Assembly (NCBI GenBank): GCA_964247055.1
Contig: OZ176060.1
Location: 1,488,001-1,552,000 of the forward strand
Origin: Paragordius varius
Taxonomy: Eukaryota > Animalia > Nematomorpha
DNA: 64,000 nucleotides
Reading direction: 5' to 3'
Notes under the pieces: model-generated
Told to the model about the DNA's origin: nothing
What the model saw: only the letters and a program-made list of their open reading frames with translations
Database searches by the model: none
In this document: positions 40,330 through 53,399 of the stretch, piece by piece
How the letters are laid out: the number at the start of each line of letters is the position of its first letter
Position numbering within the stretch: position 1 is the stretch's first letter
Program-made: the position numbers and the translations under genes

Positions 40330-42205
40330 AAAAAAAACAAAGTCCACAATATATTTTTCGCCCAAAGTATAAAACCGTAAAAATTTAAAAAGGAATCCAG
40401 GTATTCCCTGTAAAAAAGCAAAATTTTTAGTCAAGCGTTTCTTAGATGATAGCTGCCGGGTAGGGAGCAACCCGCCAAAAACTGCGCCACTATATAGAAA
40501 TTACGTTGTTTTGGAACTAATTTAAAGAAAACCTATCAGACCATATGATTTTAATAGGTGCTTAAAATATTACCCGTAATAAGGCAAAAATTTAGGTCGT
40601 GTGTTTAAAATTAGCCGTTAATTAGGTCGTTCACGCCCTGAAAAATCCGCCATAGAATGATTTTTAATTTTGTAGCAATTTTTTAAAATGCTAATGAGAG
40701 GTTATGGAATTAATCATGATTCCGGGTACACTCAGCAAAAAGACATTTAATCAAGCGCCTTTTTGTATCAGCCCCTGGGTAGGGAGCTACCCGCCAAAAC
40801 TGCGCCACTATATAGAAATTACGTTGTTTTGGAACTAATTTAAAGAAAACCTATCAGACCATATGATTTTAATAGGTGCTTAAAATATTACCCGTAACAA
40901 GGCAAAAATTTAGGTCGTGTGTTTAAAATTAGCCGTTAATTAGGTCGTTCACGCCCTGAAAAATCCGCCATAGAATGATTTTTAATTTTGTAGCAATTTT
41001 TTAAAATGCTAATGAGAGGTTATGGAATTAATCATCATTCCGGGTACACTCAGCAAAAAGACATTTAATCAAGCGCCTTTTTGTATCAGCCCCTGGGTAG
41101 GGAGCTACCCGCCAAAACTGCGCCACTATATAGAAATTGCGCTGTTTTCGAACTAATTGAAGGAAAGCTATCGGGCCATATGAGTTCAATAGGTGCCTAA
41201 ACTATTACCCGTAACAAGGCAAAAATTATGCCATAAATAATTAATGACTTTCTAGCAATGTATACTTATTCATACTGTATCATCTATTTATAAAAATGGA
41301 AAATGATGACTTTGTGATCTGTTTCCGGAAAACCGGTAGACCCATTCAAATCCAAATGTAGAAGAAATTTAATCATTAATGAAGGCCCCGACAATAGCTT
41401 CGCCTTTTTGAATTAGGTCCCCAATTAAGGCCCACCCCGTGTAAAAAACGGGTTTTTGGAAAACAGATACGCCATGAAAAATATGCCACCATAGAATGAT
41501 TTTTTAATTTTATGGCAATTCTTCCAAAAACTAATGAGAGCATATAGAATCAATCATGATTCCAGGTAATATCTGTAAAATGGCAAAAATTTTAATCAAG
41601 CGCTTTTTTTATCAGCCTCTGGGTAGGGAGATACCCGCCAAAAACTGCGCCACTATATATTACGTTGTTTTGGAACTATTTTAAGGGAAACTTATGCCAT
41701 ATGAGCTCATTTAAAGTAGATCAAGCCTTTTTTAGCCGTTGATTTATGGCCTTTATGCTCTAATATGCCATCATATAACGATTATTTAGTGTGGAGGTAT
41801 TTTTTCAAATAACCCATGAGACGATGGTCTCAAAGATGATTCCAAATATTTTCCTAATAAAGGCAAAAAATCTAACTTAGCGCTTTTTACATATAGGCCT
41901 ATGGGTAGGGGTCTAGCGGTTTAAAACTGAGACGTTATACAAAAATGGCGTGGCTTTGGAGATAATTTCTAAAAAACTTAAAAAGCCACACGAGTTCAAT
42001 AAAGGCTTTAAATATTACCCATAAAAAGGTAAGAATTATAGTATAGCGGTTTTTTCCGTTAGCCGTCAATTTATGGCCTTTACACCAGTAAACAATATAT
42101 TAGTATGAATTCAACGTTTAGAAAATCCTATGAGATCATAGCTATTAAATAATGTTTCGAAATAATCCACATATATGGAATATTTTATGATCCCTTTTCT
42201 CAAAA
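40330..42205. repeat. Tandem repeat, ~318-bp period, with diverged flanking units
   Basis: gggtagggag recurs at 40458, 40777 and 41095 (spacing 319, 318), then 41621 and ~41903 in diverged form. Confidence 0.9.
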
Positions 42206-42448
42206 AGCCCCCCCCAGAAATCCGAAGGACTTCCTCGGGCTGCGTAACAGCACGAGATATCGCTAGTAATTTATAAATTTTTTCAAATTTTGTTTAAATA
42301 TATCCTATTATTATTATTTTCTTTTGTTTTTAGTTTTATTGAAAAAGATACTACTATGCATCGAAAATTTTGGATATAGTTCAATTTAATAAATTTTACG
42401 AGAAATCAAATTATTGTTTTATCATAAGATAATCGTTCTCGTTGATTC

Positions 42449-42530
42449 AAGAAATGGTTGGCAAAACCAATTGGTTTATATTGACAGAGAATGGGCAAGC
42501 AGAAACTGATAGACAATATCTTCAAAGAAA
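42449..42530 (+). mobile_element. Mariner transposase C-terminal relic
   Basis: Frameshifted KKWLAKP...LTE.W...DRQY resembles the mariner C-terminal L.ERW....DGQYF. Confidence 0.5.
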
Positions 42531-42949
42531 TAATTATTTAATTTATCTTCAAAATTACGTGTACATGGTACATATATTTTTCAAAATAAATTAAACTTAC
42601 TTGAGTTAATAATTAAAACCCTTACTTTTAGCGTTTAATTTGTGTTCGCAATGCTTATCTCATAAAATATGGCCGTTATTTTAATTTTTTATCGCATATC
42701 GACTTTATGCGCAATTTTAAGAACAGAGCCCTTTTACAAATTTTCGAAATAAATTTTTGAGTTACGTTTATAAAAAACATGTTACATTATTTTGATTTTA
42801 AAGTATTTATAATACATATTGGAATAATATATTAATTTAAAAATTTTAGTTATTACCAAAAAAAACAATAATTGAGCCGATAATATTATCACCAAATAAA
42901 TCATTATAGTCAAAATCCAAAAATGCTTTCACAATTATTATGTCACAGT

Positions 42950-43002
42950 TAGGGTTCTGCATTTGACTGCTTTTTTGAAAAAGCAGTCAAATGCACATCC
43001 TA
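42950..43002. mobile_element. 53-bp hAT MITE, essentially two abutted TIRs
   Basis: gtcacagt|tagggttctgcatttgactgctttt...aaaagcagtcaaatgcacatccta|gtcacagt, with a perfect 8-bp TSD. Confidence 0.85.
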
Positions 43003-43394
43003 GTCACAGTGTATAAATTTACAAATAAATATTATTTATTTCTTTTTAATGTAAAATGATTTTTTCCTTTCTACTATATTCATTTTATTGTAGTTTTTCA
43101 TCATTTACAACCACATTATATAAGCGTTGCTATAATTTGCTAAAGGCCGTTTAATCAGAGTGGAAGATTACAAATCTAATTTACTTTATATTAATTAATA
43201 GCTAAATTAATAACAGACAACAAATACTTTTTTAAAGTGCCATTATTAAAGTACATAAATAGTAAATTTGTAAATATAATTAATCTAACACATAAAAAGT
43301 TTTTTATTAGGGTTTATCCAAAACTTTTGGCCCCAATTTAACATTAAACTCGTAAAGTTAAAAGTAGAAAATATAAGCCATGTATTTTATATCA

Positions 43395-45426
43395 CACTGT
43401 GCGCAAAAAAGGGGGGTAAAAAAATAAAATGATTTTTATCTAGAATCTTGGAAAAGAAGACCCCAAAAATTTTGGGGCAAAAATGCGCCCTAAAATGGAA
43501 ATATTCCATTTTTTTATTTTTGACTAAAAATAGATTTTTGTCCATATTTTTAAAAATTATTGAACAAACATAATAAAAACTTTTATATATTATATAAAAC
43601 CCAATATATTCTTAAGAAAAATACATAAAATTATTTTAAAGTATCAATAATTTTTTTATTCCACAAAAATAGAAATTCGTAAATTTTATGACATTGTCAA
43701 AATATATTATAAAAAAATTATTTGTAAGAACTCCATATTGTTATTATTATTTAAGTTTATGACTTATATATAACATACCAAAGAGTTGGTATATGTAATA
43801 AAGGCTATGTATCCTTTTAAGTCCCTCAAAAATTTGCATTTTTTGAATAATTTTCGCGATTTTTGTTGCATTTTCCTCACATGCTTCTCACTGTTTCATA
43901 AATACAGTATCAATATCAGTAATCCGCAATTTTTAAATGCGAATACTGAAAAAAACAATAAAATTTCAAGATTATGAAATTCCCTTTACTTTGGATTCCA
44001 TTTTTATAAATATATAGATAACATAGTTAATAAATTCAATTAAATTGAATAAAGACCTTTTGTGCTATATATGTAGGTATCATCGCCCTACAAATTTGAT
44101 TAAAATAACTGAACAAATAATTACCTATTCCTGCTGGGAAATTTGTTCATTACAAGGAAATATGAGCCCACAGCAAGGTAATTATACTGATTCCGGTGGA
44201 GGACTAGAAACCAGGAAACGGTTCCATCCAACGCTCATACATAGAGAAAAAAACTATACTAGTTCCAATAGTTGGTGAATACTATTGGAATCACTTTATG
44301 TCTGACTAATATATTCATTATGTATAAATAAATTTAATTTCTATGCATTTTAAGTGTTGTTGTTGGGTTTGAAGAGATATTGCATGAGCAATCTATGCAA
44401 ACGAAGTTTGTATTTGACAATGTCTTGATAAGACCGGAACATTTTTATTTTAAAATTTTGTAGAAACCTAATTAAATAATCTTATTGTAAAAGAATGCTA
44501 AAAATTCTATCGAATAAAAATAAATCCATTTATTATTAGTTTTTCAATATATATAATTGTAATAATTGTTAGATTTATAATTTGGCAATAGAGTTTCTGG
44601 AAGTAGATTATTTACAAATGTCAGAATAATTTTGGTGCAAGGAAAATTCTATTAACTAAAATTATATGAAGAAAATCATGAATACAAATAGAATTTTGCT
44701 TAAAAAGCCAAATATAGTGTATATAGCAAAAAAAGCTATTTATATTTCCGATGCTGCTTTCTGTATAAGGTCTTTAAAATTTATTATCTATAGATTAAAT
44801 AGTATATAAACATTTATCCAAAGTAATGTAATGGGAATTTCATAATCTTGAAGTTTTATTGGTTTTTTCAGTATTCGCATTTGAAAATTGCGGATTACTG
44901 ATACTGATACTGTATTTATGAAACAGTGAGAAGCATGTGAGGAAAATGCAACAAAAATCGCGAAAATTTTTCAAAAATACAAACTTTTTGAGGGACTTAA
45001 AAAGATAAATAGCCTTTATTATATATATACCAACTCTTTGGTGTGTTATATATAAGTCATAAACTTATATAATAAAAACAATATGGAGTTCTTACAAATA
45101 TTTTTTTTATAATATATTTCGACAATGTCATAAAATTTACGAATTTCTATTTTTGTGGAATAAAAAAAATTATTGATACTTTAAAATAATTTTATTTTAT
45201 TTTCTTAAGAATATATTAGGTTTTATATAATATATAAAAGTATTATCATGTTTGCTCAATAAGTTTTAAAAATATGACAAATGTCTATTTCTAGTCAAAA
45301 ATGAAAAAATGGAATTTTTCCATTTTGGGGCGCATTTCCTTAAAATTTTTAGGGTCTTCTTTTCCAAGGGATTTCTTATTATTCTAGATAAAAATCATGT
45401 TTGTTTATTTTTTTGTGAGCACTGTG
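43395..45426. mobile_element. 2-kb Chapaev3-like element with ~640-bp TIRs
   Basis: tca|cactgtg ... cactgtg|tca: CAC/GTG ends and 3-bp TSD TCA. Arms ~43395-44030 and ~44785-45426. The spacer has a degenerate ORF with LCYIC (44045-44278). Confidence 0.75.
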
Positions 45427-45481
45427 TCATACAAAAGAGCGCAAAAGACTGAATCTTTCGAATAGCAATTGGTCATTTAAA

Positions 45482-46682
45482 TCAGGACTTCTTAAACTAT
45501 GGGTCGCGACCCCATTTGGGGTCGCGAGTGATAAAAATACAATTTAACAAAAAATGGTTTTTTTTCACTTGAATATAGAAAATAACAATCATCGTAGATA
45601 AATATATCATAAAATCTTCTGGTTCGGAAAGACTGTTTATACCATTTCCGAACATTATAAATTCTTGTATAAATTTACTATGAATCCGAAAATGTTATAG
45701 AAAAAAATGTAGTAATTTTGTCAATAAAACTGAACTAATCCTGATAAATATTATCAACAAATTTTTAGCGTTATTTCGATGAAAGTATATAAACACTTCG
45801 TGTTATTTTTATTTAGCACTGTATGATTGTTAACGAAGTGCATGTTATTTTGAATTAGTCAGTTTAAAATTTTCCATTTATACTCGCATATTTTTGCATC
45901 TACCAGAGCTAGTTAAATAAATTTATGTTTATATCGGTGAAAGTATTAGTATTAATAAAACACAATTTGCCAAGGCCTCTTAAAGATTTTTTAAGATTTC
46001 ATGTTTGAAAGTTTTATTAAAAAGCTCACCATTTGGAAAAGTAAGGTCGAATAATCGTTCGATGATCCCGTGTCGACAATTTTGTAATTGAGAAAAATCA
46101 TTGCAAAATTGCAACTATTGTAGATCACTTAAAAGCGCTAGAAATACAGTTCCGGACATATTTTATATTAAATATTGTACAAAAAATAGTTTGGATTCAA
46201 ATGCCGTGGATTGGCTTAAGTGAGATTGTTTTTGCCACTTAAAGCTCAAGAGAATTTGCTGAGCTTTCGTGTGGCACAAACTTAAAACTACAAATCCAAA
46301 AAATGGCCCTGACTGAATTATGCGAAATTAGAACTGGATTTCCCACAATCGTCGATATGTTTAATTGTACTTCTGCCATTAAACACTTCATGTTAATTTA
46401 TTTTCTCACCTTTAACACACATTAAATCCCAATATCGTTCAACAATAAAAAATGTTAAAGAAGTCTTGCGTCCTGCAGTCAAACATTACACCAGATTTGA
46501 TTTGTTGAGAAACAGGCACATCCATTTATTAAATATTTAACGTTTTAATATTTAACACGCAACTACTTGGATATAGAACTAAGACGGTCAGAATCCACTT
46601 GTTTTTGAAACTAAAAACATTTCTAAAACATTTTGTGCAAATTTCAATTTTAGATTTTTATATTCAAAATTTTTAACCCCCT
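45482..46682 (+). mobile_element. hAT Buster-like internally deleted element
   Basis: 5' end caggacttcttaaactatgggtcgcgaccccatttggggtcgcg; 45960-46530 is a second copy of the C-terminal relic at 26160-26750. Confidence 0.8.
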
Positions 46683-47857
46683 AAATAAGTCAAATATTTT
46701 CATTAGAGCTTCATTAGTATAAAATTTAAAAAATCTTTGAAAAATCTTTTATATTTTTACAGTACAAGGTTTACGAAAAAAAACTGCGCCTGCAATCGTT
46801 CAGTTTTATACTGCTTTTTGATATTAAACTAAATATGCATTTTTTTATATATGTATAGTAGTAAATACCTTGTATTTATACAAATAATTGTAGCACTTGA
46901 TAGATCTGTGTCACAATAAACCCATTTTTTTAAAAAAATAAATGGTTTATTTTTCGGTAAAAAAACTCAGATTGACCTATTTTTAATTGGTTAATATATT
47001 TTCTGCTCGAATTTATTGACATGGGATTGGATTTGGGATCAGTTAAAACGTTTATGAATGCAGCCATTCACGCAGTGGCAGAAAAATCTCAGAATGACTC
47101 TTTCACCAGGGTTTCCGCAAAAGAGGCCTCGAAATTTATAACACAAAATTAATGTATGATACTTTAGTAAAAATTGATCACGTTTAAAGTTCAAAAGGTT
47201 TCAAATTTTAGTTAATTTAAGTTTTGTTGTTAACTTTAATTATATTACCAAACTGAAATTTATATAATATTGTTATTTGCGTAACATATTTTTTAAAATC
47301 ATACAAAAAAATTGAAATTATATGGTAAAAAGTAAATAAAGACATTTATTTTTTTTACAAAAGTTAGCCATATTTCTATATTAATTGTTCCTATTATATT
47401 TGAGTGTGTTAGTAATAATCTTTATTTCACACTTTCCCATTTATAGCGCGGAGAGACATTTAAAATAGCATGATTTAAAAATTATGGTTGTCTTTTAGAA
47501 AAAAATTGTTTTTATATTCTTACGTTTTGTCCGTATAATTTGAATATTTTACTGTACTATATGGAATATGATTTCCATATAACCCTTTTTTCCTGTTATA
47601 TAATTGAACATTTATATTTTTACTTTCATAAACTTTAATATTTATCCTGTTATCTTATTATTTCTGCATAAACAAATTTAAGACTTTTTTTATTTAATTT
47701 GGCACATATAACAAATAATTATTTTATCAATATTCACTATAATTTTTTTCCGCGTCTTTGTGTCGTATAATAAATTAACATACTGAAACGTTTAAAAAAT
47801 TCAATTCTTCTGATCAAAGAATAAAATTTTCTCACACACTATGCAATGAATCAACAC

Positions 47858-48227
47858 CAGGGGCGTACCGAGGGGGCAAGGGGGTTCATCATGCCCCGGG
47901 CGTTGTTATTTAGGGGCGCCTAAATGATTTTTTAAAATTAAATTTTAATTATGCAAAAATAATAAGAACTTTCAAATGAGATTTTCAGCAATTTAGGTAA
48001 TAATCCCTATAATATATACTCTATTATTCACCTAATTAGTACCAAATAAATTTAGTATCATATAAATTATATTTAATAGAATTTATATGACTGTGCTGTC
48101 TTATCTATGGTGTTTAGGTCACAATGTTTGTATTTTTTTTACTAAATTGTTTTATTGGCTTTTTATGGGGGAGGGGCACCATAAAAGTTATATGCCCCGG
48201 GCGCCGCAAACGCTCAGTACGCTACTG
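47858..48227. mobile_element. 370-bp hAT MITE with perfect 8-bp TSD ATCAACAC
   Basis: atcaacac|caggggcgtaccgag ... ctcagtacgctactg|atcaacac; GC-rich subterminal tgccccgggcg motifs. Confidence 0.9.
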
Positions 48228-49292
48228 ATCAACACAGGTAACATTATATTTGTAGGTTCATATATTAATGCTAGGTCATTTCATATAATTAAGGCTTTTT
48301 AATTTTTTATTTTTTCTTATTAGGGGCCGTTTTTGGCTTTTTGCCATGTGTGATATTTTTAACAGTCATGACTTTTTGGACTAATTTTATATTTCAGAGC
48401 GATTTAAAATTTGAATATCCTAAAATGTGTCTACCGAATTCCATATGTCTTTAGCCTTTAAGGCGCATAATACAATTTAAAAATTAAAAAAAAACTCATC
48501 CAGAACTTTTTCGCCGCCATTTTTTTCTATAAATTATAATGAATCGCTAATGCCAAAATGTATAAATTAAGTTTAGCCAGAAAAAACTTTAATATTTTTT
48601 TATTTTAAAATCAGCTCTTAGTTCAATCATGTTTTGCAACTGTCTCAATGTTAGACTCTATAAGTCAGAAAAGGGTAAAAAATATAAGCTTTTATATCTA
48701 ATATAGAAGAACAATGCTTATAAATCTAAACTTTCCAAAATAAGTTTTTCCAAGAATAAGCTGGGGATATAAAATTTATGTAATTGCGGACAAAAAAGTC
48801 ACAAGTTTACAGTGTTAAATAAAACATTTTTTCAAAGCATTATTTTTGAATTTTAATTCTAAAAAGTTTTACGGATGTATATAAGAAACGGCAAGACCCA
48901 TTTAAGGCAGTCATTCAAAAGGATAAAACTTTTAAATTATTATATATGGATTTGCAAAGTTTTAGCCATTTTGATTTATAAATAAAAATTTTTCAAGACA
49001 ATTCTTATAGCTAACATATAATAAGTTTTATTTTAATTTTGATGTGATACGTGACCATCAAATTTTTTTCCTAATCTAAAAGCTTTTCCCCATCTGTTAT
49101 ATTTGTAACTTGCATTTATTACCACAACGTTTCGAAAGAAATTAAAAGCTCATTTGCATGAAATGTAATATAATATTAGGGTATAACCTTGACCAACGTT
49201 TTTAGTATTATTATATAATTGAATAAATTGTATAGTTACAGGCACTTTCCTCTATGAATTCGACATTTATACATCATTAAGTTACGCATATA

Positions 49293-50396
49293 CACTGTGT
49301 GCAAAAAAGAGGGTCATTGATGAAAAAATTTTTTTTTCGTGAAATAGCTTATGACTATTCATTTACCGCAAATATTTTAATTTGTTGACAACCTAGTTTT
49401 TGAAAAATTAAGAGAAAATATAAAATCGGAAAAAAAGTGAAAATTAAGGATTCAAAAAAATAATGATAAAATTTGAGATTTTATGGTTTATTATCATTAT
49501 AGTTCTACAAAATTTCAGCTCAAAAGATGGCGTTTTTCTTTTACACTTAAAAGACAAAAAATTTAATGAAACTATATTAAAATATTTTTTTTAATTATTT
49601 ACTAGCTAAACTCACTATTAAAATCTTAACATCCATATTTTATTCAGTAAAAAAATTTATATTTTAAAATAAAACCAAAAAATATTGTTTTTTATTTTTA
49701 CATTTTTTTGTCATCTGATTTGTGAGTAAATAAAAAATTTATACTGTTTTATTTTGGAATCTTACATGAGTGCTAATTAAAAAGTATATAATTTATGCAA
49801 AATGGGATTTATAATTAGTGGAATATAACCAACAATCCTTACAAATCATAACAAATATTAATTTGTCATAAAACAGACTTGTTACAGAGATTTTATGATT
49901 GTTGGTTAATATTCCATACTTTTAAATCCTATTTTGCAATTATATACATAATAATTCCCACTCATGTAAGACAAAATAAAACAGTACAATTTTTTGTACA
50001 CTCATAAACCAAATGACAAAAAATGCAAGAATTAAAAACGGTTTTGTTTTGATATATAAGTATTTTTTACTGAATAAAATATGAATGTTGAGATTTTAAA
50101 AGTGAGTTTAGGTAGTAAATAATTAAAAAAATTATTTTAATATGGTTTCATTAATTTTTTTTTGTCTTTAAGTGTAATAAAAGAAAAACGCCATCTTTTA
50201 GGCTGAAATTTTATAGAAACCCTAACTATATGATTTTAGGCTATTTATAAAAAATATCTCCTATTTTTCCCGATTTCGTCTTAATATTTCAAAAACTAGG
50301 TTGTCGACAAATAAAAATTTTTGCGGCAAATGAATACGCTGGTCATAAGCTACCCCATGAAAAAAAATTTTTTGTTAAATTTTTTTTTGCACAGTG
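49293..50396. mobile_element. 1.1-kb almost fully palindromic CAC...GTG element
   Basis: tata|cactgtgtgcaaaaaa ... ttttttgcacagtg|tata. The arms pair continuously to a centre near 49860. Confidence 0.9.
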
Positions 50397-50436
50397 TATA
50401 TATACCAGCACGATGATCTCTTCTGATATAAATATG

Positions 50437-50446
<10 letters not shown>

Positions 50447-50496
<50 letters not shown>
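50447..50496. repeat. (TA)n microsatellite
   Basis: Direct reading. Confidence 0.95.
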
Positions 50497-50499
<3 letters not shown>

Positions 50500-50619
50500 A
50501 ACCTTGTATTTTTGATATACAATATATATCCTTCGTGTGGTCCCATCTTACACCATTAAAAAACATTAAGATTATTATTCACCATAAATTTTGCACATAA
50601 TAAGGACAAACCTAGAATT

Positions 50620-52150
50620 TAATTAAAAGAAGTGGTTCAATCGGGATCAATTGATATGGAAACACTCCTAAAACCATTTTTATAAAATGAATAAATAATA
50701 TATATCTATATATCACTTCTCCGCTAGGCTTTTTATTAATTCCATATATTCTTTTTGTCTTCATAACTTTTATACAGCCTTTGGAAGTTTTAATAAAGAT
50801 TTCTTACCAATTTTTTCCGTCGTGAAAAAAATTGGTGTTTTGTATTAGGATTTCTTATATTTTTTAAATTGCTTTTTTATGTTTGTTATATATAACAATG
50901 CAGTCTTTCTGAGCATTTTGCTCTTTCAATAGCATTTTGCTCTTTCAATAGCATTTTTGATTAGATAATATCTTAATTGTTTTAATACTTCATGTGAAGC
51001 CTGGTAAAATTTCTTTGGACATTTCCTTTTTTAGCCGAAGATATGTAGAAGTTGCATCTCAAACAGGTACAATTAGGGTTTTGCTGCCCAAGTCATGACC
51101 CGGTCAATTGACCAGGTAAGTGACTATTTATTTTTTGACCATGGTCATTTAAAATAACAGCTGTTTTCTGAAAAATTGCTGGTCAATTTTTTTTGGAAGA
51201 GAGATGTAAGATTATATTGTTTTTTGATATAATTTTTAAAAAATATAAATTAAATATTTAATTCTATATTTAACAATATAAAATTGTTAAAGATGGATCC
51301 TTATAACATTATTATTTAAGCACATCCAGTCATTTCGAAAAACAAAACAATCAAGCACTCTGCAAAATATCCAATTATTCCATTGTGAACCAATAAAATG
51401 AAAAATTATATTATAATTGGATTCAATGATGAAAGAAAGTATAAAACAAACTAGGTCAAACTTTATTGAAATATCTAGTAAAGACTATGTATTTGAAGAT
51501 AGGCGACAAACTTGTGGCAAAATTTATATGAAAACAAAATTCTTGATTAAATTTGATTGAATAAATTTTCGTAAATAATAAATATTAAAAAGTATAATAC
51601 AAACTTTTAAGAAAAAATATGACATTAATAGTGAAACGTAAGTATCGTTCGAACATTATTTTTGAAATCCATCGAATGGTATTTACTTAGGTAAAAAGTG
51701 GTCATGACCATGGTCATGACCATGGTCTGACTGGGTCTGACCGAAGCACTCAAATGCACAACCCTAGATACAATTATCATTGTTCAAAATTAATCTTCTT
51801 CCCATTCATTTCTATAACGATATATATTACCATTGTTCTGGCTTGAATTTTAATCATAATAAATTATAAGCTTGAAGGATACCGCTTTTGTTTTTTTACA
51901 AATGGAAATCACAAAAAATAGAATAAATTAACTTAATTAAATAGATATATAATATATATATATTTGTTGTTGTTTGCTAAAGTCGATTCCGACTAATTGC
52001 AACATTGAAAATATAGCTTCTCCCTAACAGGTAATTTTTTATAGACAAAATAAAATAAAAAAATATATTTTATATTTTTGTGGATAAAAAATTATATAAA
52101 ATATTCAGCATTTTTTAAAATTTTCAACCCGGGCACGTTTTAAAATTTGG
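50620..52150 (-). mobile_element. hAT 5'-part relic, paralogous to 54940-55500, interrupted by a MITE
   Basis: 50780-51065 and 51775-52090 align with 54990-55510; BED-finger-like CNFYISSAKKGNVQR on the minus strand. Confidence 0.55.
51074..51766. mobile_element. 693-bp hAT non-autonomous element (TAGGGTT termini)
   Basis: ggtacaat|tagggtt ... aacccta|gatacaat (7/8 TSD match); repeated ggtcatgacc/tgacc subterminal motifs. Confidence 0.85.
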
Positions 52151-53399
52151 CGGGGACGAAATCGACCGCCGTCGACCGTTTTTAATATAATGTTTTCCTA
52201 GTCAATCAAAACATTTTTCCAATTAGATAATATCAACAAAATATAAAAACTTTTTAATCATTTAAAGATAACGTTGTGCATTTTGACCACTTTTTAAAAT
52301 TTGTTATCAATTTTAGTTAAACTATAAAAAAACTGTAACATTAAAAAAATCATGCCATATCGGAGATTATAAAATGTTAATCAAATGAAACTTGCTTTTC
52401 AAATGTCATTATTTTCTTAATAAGCTTAAAAATTTAAATATTTTTTTCTAATTTATAATTAACAAATATCTTCAATCAAATAATCAAGAATTCATTGAAT
52501 ACACACAAAACATAAAAGAAATATAATGTCATTATCCTCCTCACACTACTAATATATTTTAAGTCTTTTCGGAGATTTTATTTAATGGACATAAGTTTAG
52601 ATTCTTTTCTCATCCATTTGATTCCTATCAGGATTGGGGATGTATTTTTGTATCAAGAAAATTTCGGCCCCACTGCTTGAAATAAGAATATAAATTACTT
52701 TTTGCACAGATGGGATAAGATTTTGACAGTAAATGTGCTGACAAACAAAATTCATTAATCCCTAAGCTTTCATATTTAATGTGCATAAAAGGCCCGGTTT
52801 TCGTAATAAGTAAAAACTGAAATTGTACGGACGAAACGTAAAAATATAAAGATAAATATTTACTTCTAAAAGACAACCATACTTTATTTTAAAAAATATA
52901 ACACATTGTTTATAATGATAAAATGTAAATATAACCACAATCAATTCTATATTTTACAATTGTAATTAAATAGCTAAAAAGGGAAAAATTAATTAAAAAG
53001 TATGGTTTTCTTTTCAATAAAAAATTTGACTTTATTACATTTTTTCCGTATAATTTTAGTTTTTACTGTAGTTAAAAAATGGTGGGTTTTTTCAAAGGAA
53101 TATTGATAATTTATGCACAATGTTTGAAGATTAATTGCATAAGACGATTCCTATTTTTTTTAATCATTTTTCCGACCTGGATATAGTATGCGCTAAAATA
53201 ATTAAATCAGTGTGCTCCTTACTATTGAACGGATAGCTTCATCCTTTTGGTGACAAATTATATTAAAAGGTTTCATAAACAAATTTATTGAATGAATATC
53301 ATAAACGCAGGTGATGAAAGAAACATTATATTCTAATTTTGGCCCCAGTAAATTCAGTGAAATAATCTAAATTTTTGATTACATAGGCCAAAAAATCTA

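Larger units (their letters stand above)
38407..42448. mobile_element. Long-TIR element inserted in the mariner, carrying Penelope and the 318-bp array
   Basis: 38408-38550 is the reverse complement of 42265-42423. tcaagaaatg occurs on both outer sides (38397-38406 and ~42449-42458). Confidence 0.5.
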
